Of a stretch of 64,000 nt of DNA, positions 52,899 to 62,021 are shown piece by piece. Under the pieces are notes generated by a model. It saw only the letters and a program-made list of their open reading frames with translations, searched no databases and had not been told where the DNA came from. Both the position numbers and the translations under genes were made by a program. Origin of the DNA: Deinococcales bacterium (GTDB lineage: Bacteria > Deinococcota > Deinococci > Deinococcales > JAAFIG01); the NCBI GenBank assembly GCA_031414595.1, contig JANNVX010000088.1, forward strand, positions 128,001 to 192,000. The letters run 5' to 3'. Within the stretch, counting starts at the first letter, position 1, and each line of letters opens with the position of its first letter.

Positions 52899-54143
52899 AT
52901 GCGTGTATTTGCGTATATGCCTAATGCAATTTTGGTAAATGTTGATCTTCCACAGGGTATTTCAAATACCGATTCCGAGCTTTCTCGAGCAATCTTTTCT
53001 TTGGATTCAGAAAATATTTTTTTGTCAATACCAGAATCGGAAAGAAAAAGCCTGTTTACATCGTTGCATACAACATATGAAAGGTGTCAATATCATTATC
53101 ATCGCTACCAAGAAATTGAATTATTTTTATCAACAACGCGCAAAAGTTTACCCATAGAGATTTCATATGACGCGTCACTTAAGTATATGTATTTTGAAAT
53201 ACAAGCTTTATTCGGCTCTATTCGTCTGTTTTTAGACGAAATAATTTACATTATTGCTCGCAAGGAAGGAAATACACATGATGAATCTTTTTCTGGGGAT
53301 TGGGCTGTAAATAATGTTTTCAAAACCTCACCTCCAATAGCCATTAGGCATGTTCCCGAAATTGTCCATGCCGCTCACTTTGAAACTTGGTACTCAAAAT
53401 TAAACGGCTACAGAAACGCTTTCTATCATCATGGGTGGAATTTTTCTAGTGGTCACTCAGATACCAATGATTTAAGCTCTCGAGCAAGTTCACCTCAACA
53501 CAATGGTTTTTTTGTTCCAGATTTAGATTCAGTCAAACGAAACAGTAAGCCGTTCCAATGGACTTGGAATGATAAAACTCAAATTTTGGATGTTGTAGCT
53601 GATGTAAAGAGTGAATTTAAAAGATTTATAGAAGGTTTAGTTTTTACCGTTTGGGCTATTGCCAAACAAGACTACAGCAATGCAGTACCAATACTTGAAC
53701 AGCCTAATATAATCGTTACTTTTCCATTTCCTTGCGTACTTTTATACCAAAGTAATGTTGTTATTCCAGTCTTCACAAAACTCAATAAAGCTGAGTCATA
53801 CACTCATTTTCAAGATATTGCTGCTGCCAATGATGCAAAAGTTGAAATTATACAACTAAGAAAAAATAAACTTTTCGACCCTAAAATTGAATATTTTACA
53901 GTTGGAATATCAGAGCTAGAACGATTAAATTTTCACGAAGAACACGAAAATTCTAGGCTTCAGATAGTGGTTGACGCAGAATTCGATAGTGTCGGAAATC
54001 TTAAAGACGGTTTAGGTACATTTGTTGACCTTATGAGCCTAGCAGAAGCAAAAAAAGATATTGCAGTCAAGCCATTAAGTTTTTATGTTCCCGAGATTAA
54101 TCCTGAAGTTGTATATATCTGGAGAAAAATTACGCATTTGTAG
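52899..54143 (+). CDS. AT-rich hypothetical protein with putative HEPN RxxxxH motif
   Basis: Helical N-domain containing 'KLNGYRNAFYHH'; AGGAG RBS. Confidence 0.65.
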   Translation: MRVFAYMPNAILVNVDLPQGISNTDSELSRAIFSLDSENIFLSIPESERKSLFTSLHTTYERCQYHYHRYQEIELFLSTTRKSLPIEISYDASLKYMYFEIQALFGSIRLFLDEIIYIIARKEGNTHDESFSGDWAVNNVFKTSPPIAIRHVPEIVHAAHFETWYSKLNGYRNAFYHHGWNFSSGHSDTNDLSSRASSPQHNGFFVPDLDSVKRNSKPFQWTWNDKTQILDVVADVKSEFKRFIEGLVFTVWAIAKQDYSNAVPILEQPNIIVTFPFPCVLLYQSNVVIPVFTKLNKAESYTHFQDIAAANDAKVEIIQLRKNKLFDPKIEYFTVGISELERLNFHEEHENSRLQIVVDAEFDSVGNLKDGLGTFVDLMSLAEAKKDIAVKPLSFYVPEINPEVVYIWRKITHL

Positions 54144-54175
54144 CTCCTCGAGTTTTTCCATGCTCATCCAACGCG

Positions 54176-54245
54176 GCTCTTACTCAAGTAGCAGATTTGC
54201 TTTTGCCCTTTGCCTCGAGCTTTGTGCTTTGGCTGGTGGCTCGAG
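54176..54245. repeat. inter-cassette degenerate repeat (copy A; others 55233-55285, 56223-56279, 56824-56874, 58376-58419)
   Basis: Shared core TTGCTCGAG.ATC.GATTTTGCTTCTGCCCT..CCTCGAGCTTTGTGC. Confidence 0.75.
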
Positions 54246-54286
54246 AACCAAATTCTAATTCTTAATTTATGGTGTACGATATTCCC

Positions 54287-54484
54287 ATGAGCTTAGTTGA
54301 ACTCAAAGAAAATACTAAAAAACTTGAAAACGCTGAACTTCTCGAATTTGCCCGTTGGATACGAGAACTCGAGGCGGATGCTTGGGATGCACAAATTGCG
54401 GCTGACCTTGAGGCTGGTCGTTTTGATGCGCTGCTCGAGTCGGTTAAAGCAGATATTGACGCTGGACTTGTAAAAGCCCTGTGA
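54287..54484 (+). CDS. putative antitoxin (copy 1)
   Basis: 'FARWI...DAWDAQIAADLEAGRFD.L' small protein overlapping a ParE-like toxin. Confidence 0.8.
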   Translation: MSLVELKENTKKLENAELLEFARWIRELEADAWDAQIAADLEAGRFDALLESVKADIDAGLVKAL

Positions 54485-54741
54485 ATCACTTTACTCGCCC
54501 GAGTTTCTGGGATTTTTATAGTTAGCTACCACCAGAAATTCAGATATTGGCAGACAAAAATTATACGTTGCTGAAAGAAAATCCTCGCCATCCCAGTTTG
54601 CAATTAAAACCCATTGGGCGTTTATGGTCAGTCAGGATTACCGATGATTACCGCGCCCTTGGCTTGGACGATAAAATTGGAATTGTCTGGTTTTGGATAG
54701 GCAAACACAAGGAGTACGAGCGCTTGCTTAAACGAGGTTGA
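54481..54741 (+). pseudogene. ParE/RelE-like toxin with premature stop (copy 1)
   Basis: TAG at 54523-54525 where copy 2 has CAG; otherwise near-identical to 56513-56773. Confidence 0.85.
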
Positions 54742-54805
54742 ATTCTCGAGCCTCACGCCTAAAACTGGTGGCTTGGGCTAGTTTTTGAGGTTTCTCGAAT
54801 CAAAC

Positions 54806-54828
54806 AAAAACCCGCCATTGCTGACGGG
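54806..54828 (-). terminator. intrinsic terminator of small membrane-peptide gene
   Basis: Minus strand CCCGTCA-GCAA-TGGCGGG-TTTTTG. Confidence 0.8.
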
Positions 54829-54850
54829 GTGTAGCTTCTCTGGTTTTTGG

Positions 54851-55018
54851 TTACTTGAGGATGCTCATAATCGCGGCAATTACGCCAGCAATCAGTGTCA
54901 CAATGGCTGCCCAGAACTGCAAGTCTCGAGTGGCTTTTTTACGGCTTTGTCGAATTGCTTTGTGTTTACCTTGCGGTTTAACACGTTTTCTGGTACGCTT
55001 CTTGTGTGGAATAATCAT
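54851..55018 (-). CDS. small basic protein with C-terminal TM helix, type I toxin-like
   Basis: AAGGAGGTG SD; K/R-rich N-terminus then FWAAIVTLIAGVIAAIMSILK; exact start uncertain. Confidence 0.65.
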   Translation of the reverse strand: MIIPHKKRTRKRVKPQGKHKAIRQSRKKATRDLQFWAAIVTLIAGVIAAIMSILK

Positions 55019-55345
55019 CACCTCCTTTAACAGAGGTAAATTACCCGCACCCTCTGGTACAGGGCGCGGGTTTCTCCGTTTTACGGGTTTGCCCACATTC
55101 CCTGTGGGTCAACCATCAACCCAGAGAAGCTACGCAAGGAGCATAACATTATCGTGTCGAGTTTTGAAGAGCTTTGTTGAATCGTAAAGCATAGCGTGTG
55201 GGCTTGCCACAACTAACCACACATCTGCTACCGCTCTTGCTCGATTATCGGATTTTGCTTCTGCCCTCTCCCTCGAGCATCGTGCCTAACAAAAGCGGTT
55301 TAGAGTTTTCCAAGTTAGTCTACATGGTGGATTTGCGAGGCTCGT

Positions 55346-55756
55346 TTATCGGTGAATCATTGTCTCGAGAATTGGGGTTTTGTCATTTGGTACAAACGCA
55401 ATTTTTAATTGACAATCTAGTGCTTCGGCAATTCTTGCTAAGGTGACAAGTTGTACATTGCCATCTGAGTTTTCAATCCCAAGAAGCTGTGTGTGTGCCA
55501 TTCCAGCTTTGGTGGCAACACTGCGAAGGCTAATTTTGCGCCGACCACGCGCCTCGAGTAGTAAATTTTTAAGTGAGGCAGCCGTAAATATTGTGTCTGC
55601 CATGTCTGTCGCTTTTTCCAATGCAGCTTGATCGAGCTTAATCGAGGTGCGTTTTTTGAGCGGAGTTATTGGTAGGTTCGGGTCTAGCAATGCTAATTCT
55701 GCTAGGGCATCCTGCGGATTCATCCAAGGTGTGGCTGCTTTGCGGTTGCGGGTCAT
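55346..55756 (-). CDS. XRE-family HTH antitoxin
   Basis: 'ISLRSVATKAGM..TQL..IEN..GNVQLVTLARIAEALD'. Confidence 0.8.
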   Translation of the reverse strand: MTRNRKAATPWMNPQDALAELALLDPNLPITPLKKRTSIKLDQAALEKATDMADTIFTAASLKNLLLEARGRRKISLRSVATKAGMAHTQLLGIENSDGNVQLVTLARIAEALDCQLKIAFVPNDKTPILETMIHR

Positions 55757-56172
55757 GGTGTTCTCCTTGTGCGTTTAGCACGTTTGCTGGTTGGGAAAAT
55801 TTCTTGGTTTCTACGCCAAGCTACGGCTATCAGTGCGGTACGCTCGAGCAAATTCTGGCTTGGTGTGTTACCCCGTTTCGTTTCGGCGGCACACAGATGA
55901 AATTCTTGTTCATCGGCGCGGTATAAGTACACTCGAGCGCCACCAGCTTCGCCTCCTCGAGTGCGGGTTTTGAGTTCGAGAATTGGTAAACCAATCATGG
56001 TCTCGAGATAACGGCATTGTGTTCCATTTTGTCGGAGGTCAAAAACCATTGAGCCAATGGCGAGCAAGGCTTGGTTTCGTTGTGCGTCTCGTAAATCAAG
56101 CAAATCGTCTATGAAAGGTGGGAATCCATTCATATCATTCGGTTCGTAGGGATAACGAAGCACCGATAACAT
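55753..56172 (-). CDS. RelE/HigB (Gp49-like) toxin
   Basis: 'LPILELK...GGARVYLY' motif; upstream of and overlapping XRE gene. Confidence 0.7.
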   Translation of the reverse strand: MLSVLRYPYEPNDMNGFPPFIDDLLDLRDAQRNQALLAIGSMVFDLRQNGTQCRYLETMIGLPILELKTRTRGGEAGGARVYLYRADEQEFHLCAAETKRGNTPSQNLLERTALIAVAWRRNQEIFPTSKRAKRTRRTP

Positions 56173-56318
56173 AGACTGGTAGTATAAGGCATACCATTGG
56201 ATTATTCAACTTTGACCGCACTGCCCTTGCTCGAGCATCTGATTTTGCTTCTGCCTCGAGCTTTGGCTGGCGACTCGAGTACCAAAATCTAATTCTTATT
56301 TATGGTGTACGATAACCC

Positions 56319-56516
56319 ATGAGCTTAGTTGAACTCAAAGAAAACACTAAAAAACTTGAAAGTGCCGAACTTCTTGAATTCGCCCGTTGGATACGAGAAC
56401 TCGAGGCGGATGCTTGGGATGCACAAATTGCGGCTGACCTTGAGGCTGGTCATTTTGATACGCTGCTCGAGTCGGTTAAAGCAGATATTGATGCTGGACT
56501 TGTAAAAGCCCTGTGA
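56319..56516 (+). CDS. putative antitoxin (copy 2)
   Basis: Near-identical to 54287-54484. Confidence 0.8.
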   Translation: MSLVELKENTKKLESAELLEFARWIRELEADAWDAQIAADLEAGHFDTLLESVKADIDAGLVKAL

Positions 56517-56773
56517 ATCACTTTACTCGTCCAAGTTTCTGGGATTTTTACCATCAGCTACCACCAGAAATTCAGATATTGGCAGATAAAAATTATGCTT
56601 TGTTGAAAGAAAATCCGCGTCATCCAAGTTTGCAATTAAAACCCATTGGGCGTTTATGGTCAGTTAGGATTACCGATGATTACCGCGCTCTTGGCTTGGA
56701 CGATAAAATTGGAATTGTCTGGTTTTGGATAGGCAAACACAAAGAATACAAACGCCTGCTTAAACGTGGTTGA
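56513..56773 (+). CDS. ParE/RelE-like toxin (copy 2, intact)
   Basis: FWDFY..LP.EIQ.LADK...LLKENPRHPSL, WSVRI..YRALG, WFWIG.H.EY. Confidence 0.85.
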   Translation: MNHFTRPSFWDFYHQLPPEIQILADKNYALLKENPRHPSLQLKPIGRLWSVRITDDYRALGLDDKIGIVWFWIGKHKEYKRLLKRG

Positions 56774-56928
56774 ACTCTTTCGCCTCACGCCTACAAATGA
56801 CAGTACAGACCAATTACTACACCATTGCTCGAGTATCTGCTCTTGCTTCTACCCTCGCCTTGAGCTTTATGCTTATGCTTTGCAAAAAGTGGCTTAAGAT
56901 TTCCAAGCATAAACCCTTCCACCACACG

Positions 56929-56962
56929 TTGACAATTTCTCATAACAACAATATCATTGTCA
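56929..56962 (+). promoter_or_regulatory. promoter with overlapping inverted repeat
   Basis: TTGACA-17-TATCAT; TGACAAT...ATTGTCA arms overlap the -35 and -10. Confidence 0.7.
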
Positions 56963-56964
56963 TT

Positions 56965-57420
56965 ATGATTCCACCGTTCACCAAAACAGGTTTATTACCC
57001 GCAGGTGAACACTTGGCAACTTGGGAAGAAATTGTTGCCCATTACGGAACAAATTCGCACCGATTACGTTTACTAGCAGGATTACTTGAAGCCATAGAAG
57101 CACTGCAAACAGCCCAAAGTGACTGGATTCTAATAAACGGAAGTTTTGTGACTGACAAAGAATACCCAAACGACATAGATTCTTGTTACGACGACCAGAA
57201 CCTAGACTATGACCTACTCGAGCAACTAGAACCCAGCCTACTTGAATTTGACAATGCCAGAGCCGCCCAAAAAGCCCGATTTGGTTGTGAATTCTTCCCT
57301 GCTCGAGCCGTAGCAGATAGCGCAGGCAAGACTTTTCAGCACTTTTTTCAATTTGACCGTTACAACCAAGCCAAAGGAATTATCAAGCTCGAGCTAAAGC
57401 AAAAAGGAGGCAACCCATGA
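56965..57420 (+). CDS. DUF6932-like nucleotidyltransferase-fold protein (putative toxin)
   Basis: MIPPF...GLLPAGEH, NGSFVT.KEYPNDID motif, KGII. Confidence 0.8.
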   Translation: MIPPFTKTGLLPAGEHLATWEEIVAHYGTNSHRLRLLAGLLEAIEALQTAQSDWILINGSFVTDKEYPNDIDSCYDDQNLDYDLLEQLEPSLLEFDNARAAQKARFGCEFFPARAVADSAGKTFQHFFQFDRYNQAKGIIKLELKQKGGNP

Positions 57421-57812
57421 TTCAAAACGAGTTGCAGTACCGCGTCACCAACGCCAGATTACGCGAATTTCAAACCGCCCAGCAGAGCCTTGAACTAGAC
57501 GGCATCAAAGGTAAAGCACTTGAAGTGCGACGCAAAGCCGTAGCAAGCATAATTGCTGAACTGAGCCTAGAACTCGAGGCATTCCAAGCCATAAAAACCC
57601 AAGGTGTACCAAGCAGTTTAGGCAGTCTCGAGCAAATACCAGACGACCTGATAAAAGCCAGAATTGCGGCTGGATTCACCCAAGCCAGCCTTGCTAAAAC
57701 CCTGCACTTAAAACCACAACAGATTCAGAGGTACGAAGCCACAAGATACGCCAGTGCCAGTTTAGCAAGGGTTCTCGAGGTGGCAAGGGTGTTGCAAGAC
57801 AAGGCAAAATAG
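57417..57812 (+). CDS. XRE HTH protein (putative antitoxin)
   Basis: MIQNELQY, LIKARIAAGFTQASLA..L..KPQQIQRYEAT.Y. Confidence 0.85.
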   Translation: MIQNELQYRVTNARLREFQTAQQSLELDGIKGKALEVRRKAVASIIAELSLELEAFQAIKTQGVPSSLGSLEQIPDDLIKARIAAGFTQASLAKTLHLKPQQIQRYEATRYASASLARVLEVARVLQDKAK

Positions 57813-57815
57813 TTT

Positions 57816-57945
57816 CTCAAGCAGAGCGATACGAACTTAGAAGTAGCCAGTTTAGTTCGGGTAGCCCATGAACTCGAGTTTGATGTGACAATTCGGCTCG
57901 AGCCTAGGCAAGCAGGTGTGGTACTCGAAGCGAAGTTCTAAGAAG
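57816..57945 (+). pseudogene. 3' remnant of XRE-type antitoxin gene (copy 2)
   Basis: 130-bp near-duplicate of 52620-52749. Confidence 0.7.
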
Positions 57946-58454
57946 CTACGTTACCCAGAAGTGCCAATCCAATTGAATTTAACATACGGCTGCATATAAA
58001 CAGAATGTTTGGTACAATGCCATTCGAGAATTCTCGAGGGGTTTTAGTGAAAAAATACTCTAAAAAAGTCCGTGAATCACTGCCTCGAATATTATGGGAA
58101 TTCGCTAGATCCCACGATTCTGTCACTATTTTTGAGCAAAACCAGCCCAAGTTTGAATATAAGTATTTATGGTCAAACATGGTAATCTGCTGGGAATATA
58201 AAATCCATTTCTGGGCAGCACTCGATATTCTTAAAGGACATCGTATCCTCATTAGCAGAGGTCAATTTTACCGAGGATTGAAGAAAAGAAGCAAAAGCGT
58301 GTAGTGCGAGATATGCCCACAACTCCACGCCCGCTAAACTACACCATGTTCACTTAACGCCGCTTTCGCCTCTACCTTCTGCCCTTTAGCCTCGAGCTTT
58401 GTGCTTGGGCTGGCTCGAGGTACGAATCAATTCTCGAGTTCAAACCATCTTCAT

Positions 58455-59636
58455 TCAGAGTCGGCTGCGCGGGTCAAGTGCATCTCGCAGACCGTCGCCT
58501 AAGAAGTTGATACTCAGGCTGGTCAGTAAAATAAATAGTCCGGGCCAGAATACGGTAAACGGATTTTGGAAAATCGCTTCTTGCGCCCCAGAAAGCATGT
58601 TTCCCCAACTGGCGGTCGGTTCTTGAATCCCAAAGCCTAAAAAACTCAAGGCAGCTTCGGAGACAATCGTGTTACCGACATCTAACGTGACTTGCACAAT
58701 AATCGGGGCGATGGCATTAGGCAATAAGTGCGAGAGCATAATCCGCCAATCGCTCGAGCCTAATGCCCGGGCTGCATCGGTAAATTCACGTTGCCGTAGA
58801 CTCAGCACCAGACCACGAATCACTCGGGCTGTGCCAAGCCAACCAAAAAGTGTCAGCACAAAGATAATTAAAACAATCGAACGCGACTGTCCAAAAAAGG
58901 TGTTCAGTACGTCGCCAAGTGGTACTTCTGGATTGGCTAGTAAGCCTGCCAAAATCAGTAAGAACGGGATATTCGGTAAACTGAGCATCACATCAATCAG
59001 TCTCGAGATGGCATTGTCTATATCTATAATGATGGCTTTGTAGAAGGCATTGTATGCCGCAAAAGCGGCTAAGCCCCCACCAATTAGCCATGCCACCACC
59101 GCTAAAACTCCAGTAAAGGTAGCGGCAAATTGCGAGGTGATTTGCAGTAAGAAGAAAATCAAGACCGCCCAGACCAACCAACGTAAACCAGTCCGCCAGA
59201 TAAAACTCGAGCCTTCAGCATTTTTGCGTTCATTCCATAAGGGGCTACCAACACCCACCGACATCAACCACGGAATACCACTGTAGTAACCAGCCACCAA
59301 GCCCATGATGACACCAATAATGGCAGATAGAAAAGCCACCACAATACCAACCAAGAGTGAGACCCGTCCGGCGTACAAAACTCGAGAAAAGACATCGCGT
59401 CCAAGCCCATCTGTTCCCATCCAATGTGCGACTGACGACCCAGCATAAAGGTTCGAGGAATCTATTTTGTCTGGTGCATAGGGTGCAATAAATGGGGCAA
59501 AAATAGCCACCGAGAACAACAGCATTAAGACCACACCAGAAACCATGGCTGCACGGTGCTTGGTGAAACGTCGCCAAATTTTAGTGTTGGAGCTTTCGTC
59601 TTTCTTTAGTTTTTCTGGAATAGTAGCAATAGACAT
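58455..59636 (-). CDS. oppC: oligopeptide ABC transporter permease (OppC/DppC-like)
   Basis: HWMGTDGLGRD, EAA motif REFTDAARALG, EAALSFLGFG, GDGLRDALDPR. Confidence 0.9.
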   Translation of the reverse strand: MSIATIPEKLKKDESSNTKIWRRFTKHRAAMVSGVVLMLLFSVAIFAPFIAPYAPDKIDSSNLYAGSSVAHWMGTDGLGRDVFSRVLYAGRVSLLVGIVVAFLSAIIGVIMGLVAGYYSGIPWLMSVGVGSPLWNERKNAEGSSFIWRTGLRWLVWAVLIFFLLQITSQFAATFTGVLAVVAWLIGGGLAAFAAYNAFYKAIIIDIDNAISRLIDVMLSLPNIPFLLILAGLLANPEVPLGDVLNTFFGQSRSIVLIIFVLTLFGWLGTARVIRGLVLSLRQREFTDAARALGSSDWRIMLSHLLPNAIAPIIVQVTLDVGNTIVSEAALSFLGFGIQEPTASWGNMLSGAQEAIFQNPFTVFWPGLFILLTSLSINFLGDGLRDALDPRSRL

Positions 59637-59648
59637 AATTTTTAGTCC

Positions 59649-60839
59649 TTAATTGTAACGAATGCGTGGGTCAACGAGGGCGTAGGCTAAATCGGTCAGC
59701 AAATTGGCTGCCAGAGTCACAATACTGAGCATCATTAAAATCACCATGGCGACGTTGTAATCTTTTTTAACCACACTATCAAGCAGTGCCGTTCCCATTC
59801 CGGGCCAATTAAAAACAGTTTCGGTTAGCACTGCTCCGTTTAGAATCCCGGGGACAGATAAACCCACCAGTGTCACAATCGGAATCAGCGCATTTCTAAG
59901 GGCGTGTTTGTAAATTACAATCCGTTCAGATAAACCTTTTGCTCTTGCGGTGCGTACAAAATCTTGGTTGATCACCTCGAGCAGACTGGCTCGCATAAAC
60001 CTAGTCCAGCCAGCGATTGAAATAATAGATAAAGCCACCGCAGGTAAAACCAAATGGTGCAAACGGTCAAGTAACCAAGCCCACCAAGATTGTGCCGTCA
60101 CTTCCTGCCCAACGCTCTGCCCTTGGGAAACATAATCGCCTTTGGTAACAGACGGGCGAATCCCAGCAGGTAAAGTAAATTCTTTGGGAATCTCGAGTTT
60201 GGTGGCTTCGTCATAAACGCCAATCGTGATAAACGATGTGCCTTCTCGAGTTTCTACCCTTTGCACTTGACCCGTGACATCAAATTGCTTGGTACTTTCG
60301 ATGTACTGAGTCACGCCTTCGGTTTGCATACCGCCTGTGGGAAAAATCTTAAAAGTCACACCAAATAAAATCAGCATCATGATTCCAAGCCAAAAGACTG
60401 GCACACTAAAACCGACAAATGATAAAAAGGTGGTCACATAATCGAGTAAGCTGTACTGCCGTACCGCCGCATAAATTCCAATTGGAATACCAATAAAAAG
60501 GGCAATAAAAAAGGCGGTTGCCGAAAGGGTGATGGTATTGCCTAAGCGCTGTTCAAAAACAAAATTGGCGGCTGGTTCATAGCCGTTTTCCCTTGATAAG
60601 CCAAAATCAAGCCGCACCGCTCGATTTAACCACTTGCCATACTGCACATACCAAGGTTGGTCTAAGCCGTATTCGCGGCGCAACCTGAGAATATCGGCTT
60701 GGGTTATTTTTGGGTTGGCTAGTCTGAGTTCATCAATAAAATCGCCCGGTTGCAATTGAATCAAGCCAAAAATTGCCATCGAGACTGCCAGTAAAATTGG
60801 GACCATGGCAATGATCCGCCGAGATGCGTATAGGAACAT
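59649..60839 (-). CDS. oppB: oligopeptide ABC transporter permease (OppB/DppB-like)
   Basis: YGLDQP..VQY, DFVRTARAKGL, HALRNAL, ETVFNWPGMG, VDPRIRY. Confidence 0.9.
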   Translation of the reverse strand: MFLYASRRIIAMVPILLAVSMAIFGLIQLQPGDFIDELRLANPKITQADILRLRREYGLDQPWYVQYGKWLNRAVRLDFGLSRENGYEPAANFVFEQRLGNTITLSATAFFIALFIGIPIGIYAAVRQYSLLDYVTTFLSFVGFSVPVFWLGIMMLILFGVTFKIFPTGGMQTEGVTQYIESTKQFDVTGQVQRVETREGTSFITIGVYDEATKLEIPKEFTLPAGIRPSVTKGDYVSQGQSVGQEVTAQSWWAWLLDRLHHLVLPAVALSIISIAGWTRFMRASLLEVINQDFVRTARAKGLSERIVIYKHALRNALIPIVTLVGLSVPGILNGAVLTETVFNWPGMGTALLDSVVKKDYNVAMVILMMLSIVTLAANLLTDLAYALVDPRIRYN

Positions 60840-60916
60840 ACGCCATTTTACTCATAGATGGCTGTCTTGTGTGGCAAAATTGCGCCGAAGTACCTAAAAA
60901 GGCTAGATTGTAGGGC

Positions 60917-62017
60917 ATGACCCAGATTATCAGCGTCTCAACTCGAGCCGAACGCAAACAATGGATAGACTATCCGTACCAAAAGTACCGTCATCATCCA
61001 ACATGGGTTCCGCCAATGCTGATCCAAGAATGGGACGACACCGACCCTAAGAAAAATCCCTTCTATGACCATGCCGAGGTTGAGCTTTTCATTGCATTAG
61101 ACAACGGTAAAGTGGTTGGACGTATCGCTGCGATTCTCGATAAGAGCTTTAATCAGTACCGCAACGAAAACACAGTGTTGTTCTCGAGCCTAGAAGCCGA
61201 TAATGCTAGTGTTTTTAAGGCATTGCTCGAGCAAGTCGAAAACTGGGCGCGGTCTCGAGGGGCGAATAATATCAAAGGTCCGAGTAAAATTGCCCAAAAC
61301 GACATGCACGGCTTTCTGGTGGACAATTTTGATGACCCGCCCGCCGTCATGATGAATTACAACCCGCTTGAGTACATTGCTTGGTCAGAAGCGGCTGGGT
61401 ACAGTAAGTACGAGGATACCTTTGCTTGGAAAATGACTGTCGAACAAGGGCTGCCAGAACGGGTTGGGCGAATTGCTGAACGGGTCAAGAAGAATTTGAG
61501 GGTGACTCTGCGTCCACTTAATTTTAAGAAAATGAACGAAGAAGTGGTTCATATCCGAAAAATCTACAACAGCGCTTGGAGTCGTAACCTTGGCTTTGTG
61601 CCGTGGACGGAAAGCGAAATAGACCACTTAAAAAAGCAACTCGGGCAAGTTGCCGACCAACAAATTAGTTTTATGGCAGAAATAGACGGCAATCCCGTCG
61701 CCTTTAGTTTGGTCTTGCCAGACTTAAACCAAGCCCTGCCCGGAACTGGCGGTAAACTCCTGCCATTTGGTATTTTTAAGTTGCAGTTTTTTAAGTACAC
61801 TCGAATGCGCCTTGTTGCCCTTGGCATTTTAGATGAATACCACGGTAAAGGTTTAGATGCGCTGCTGTATGCCGAGTCATTCTGGCGCGGACAAAAGAAA
61901 TACTCGAGTGGCGAATTTGGCTGGACTTTAGAGAGCAACGACGGCATCAACAACGGTATGAAAGCCCTTGGTGCGATACCATATAAGCGCTACCGTATTT
62001 TCCAAAAGAAACTCTAA
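60917..62017 (+). CDS. YghO-like GNAT-fold protein
   Basis: WVPP, KNPF, VVGRIAAI, MMNYNP..Y, WTLESN, YKRYRIF. Confidence 0.8.
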   Translation: MTQIISVSTRAERKQWIDYPYQKYRHHPTWVPPMLIQEWDDTDPKKNPFYDHAEVELFIALDNGKVVGRIAAILDKSFNQYRNENTVLFSSLEADNASVFKALLEQVENWARSRGANNIKGPSKIAQNDMHGFLVDNFDDPPAVMMNYNPLEYIAWSEAAGYSKYEDTFAWKMTVEQGLPERVGRIAERVKKNLRVTLRPLNFKKMNEEVVHIRKIYNSAWSRNLGFVPWTESEIDHLKKQLGQVADQQISFMAEIDGNPVAFSLVLPDLNQALPGTGGKLLPFGIFKLQFFKYTRMRLVALGILDEYHGKGLDALLYAESFWRGQKKYSSGEFGWTLESNDGINNGMKALGAIPYKRYRIFQKKL

Positions 62018-62021
62018 AGGC

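Noticed and set aside
58005-58304. 99-aa ORF at the right edge of the TA array
   Set aside because: No clear RBS or motif; may be a gene remnant but cannot be supported.
54176-58419. Inter-cassette repeats as CRISPR repeats or integron attC sites
   Set aside because: Too degenerate and irregularly spaced, no cas or intI gene, and no clear RYYYAAC/GTTRRRY ends.
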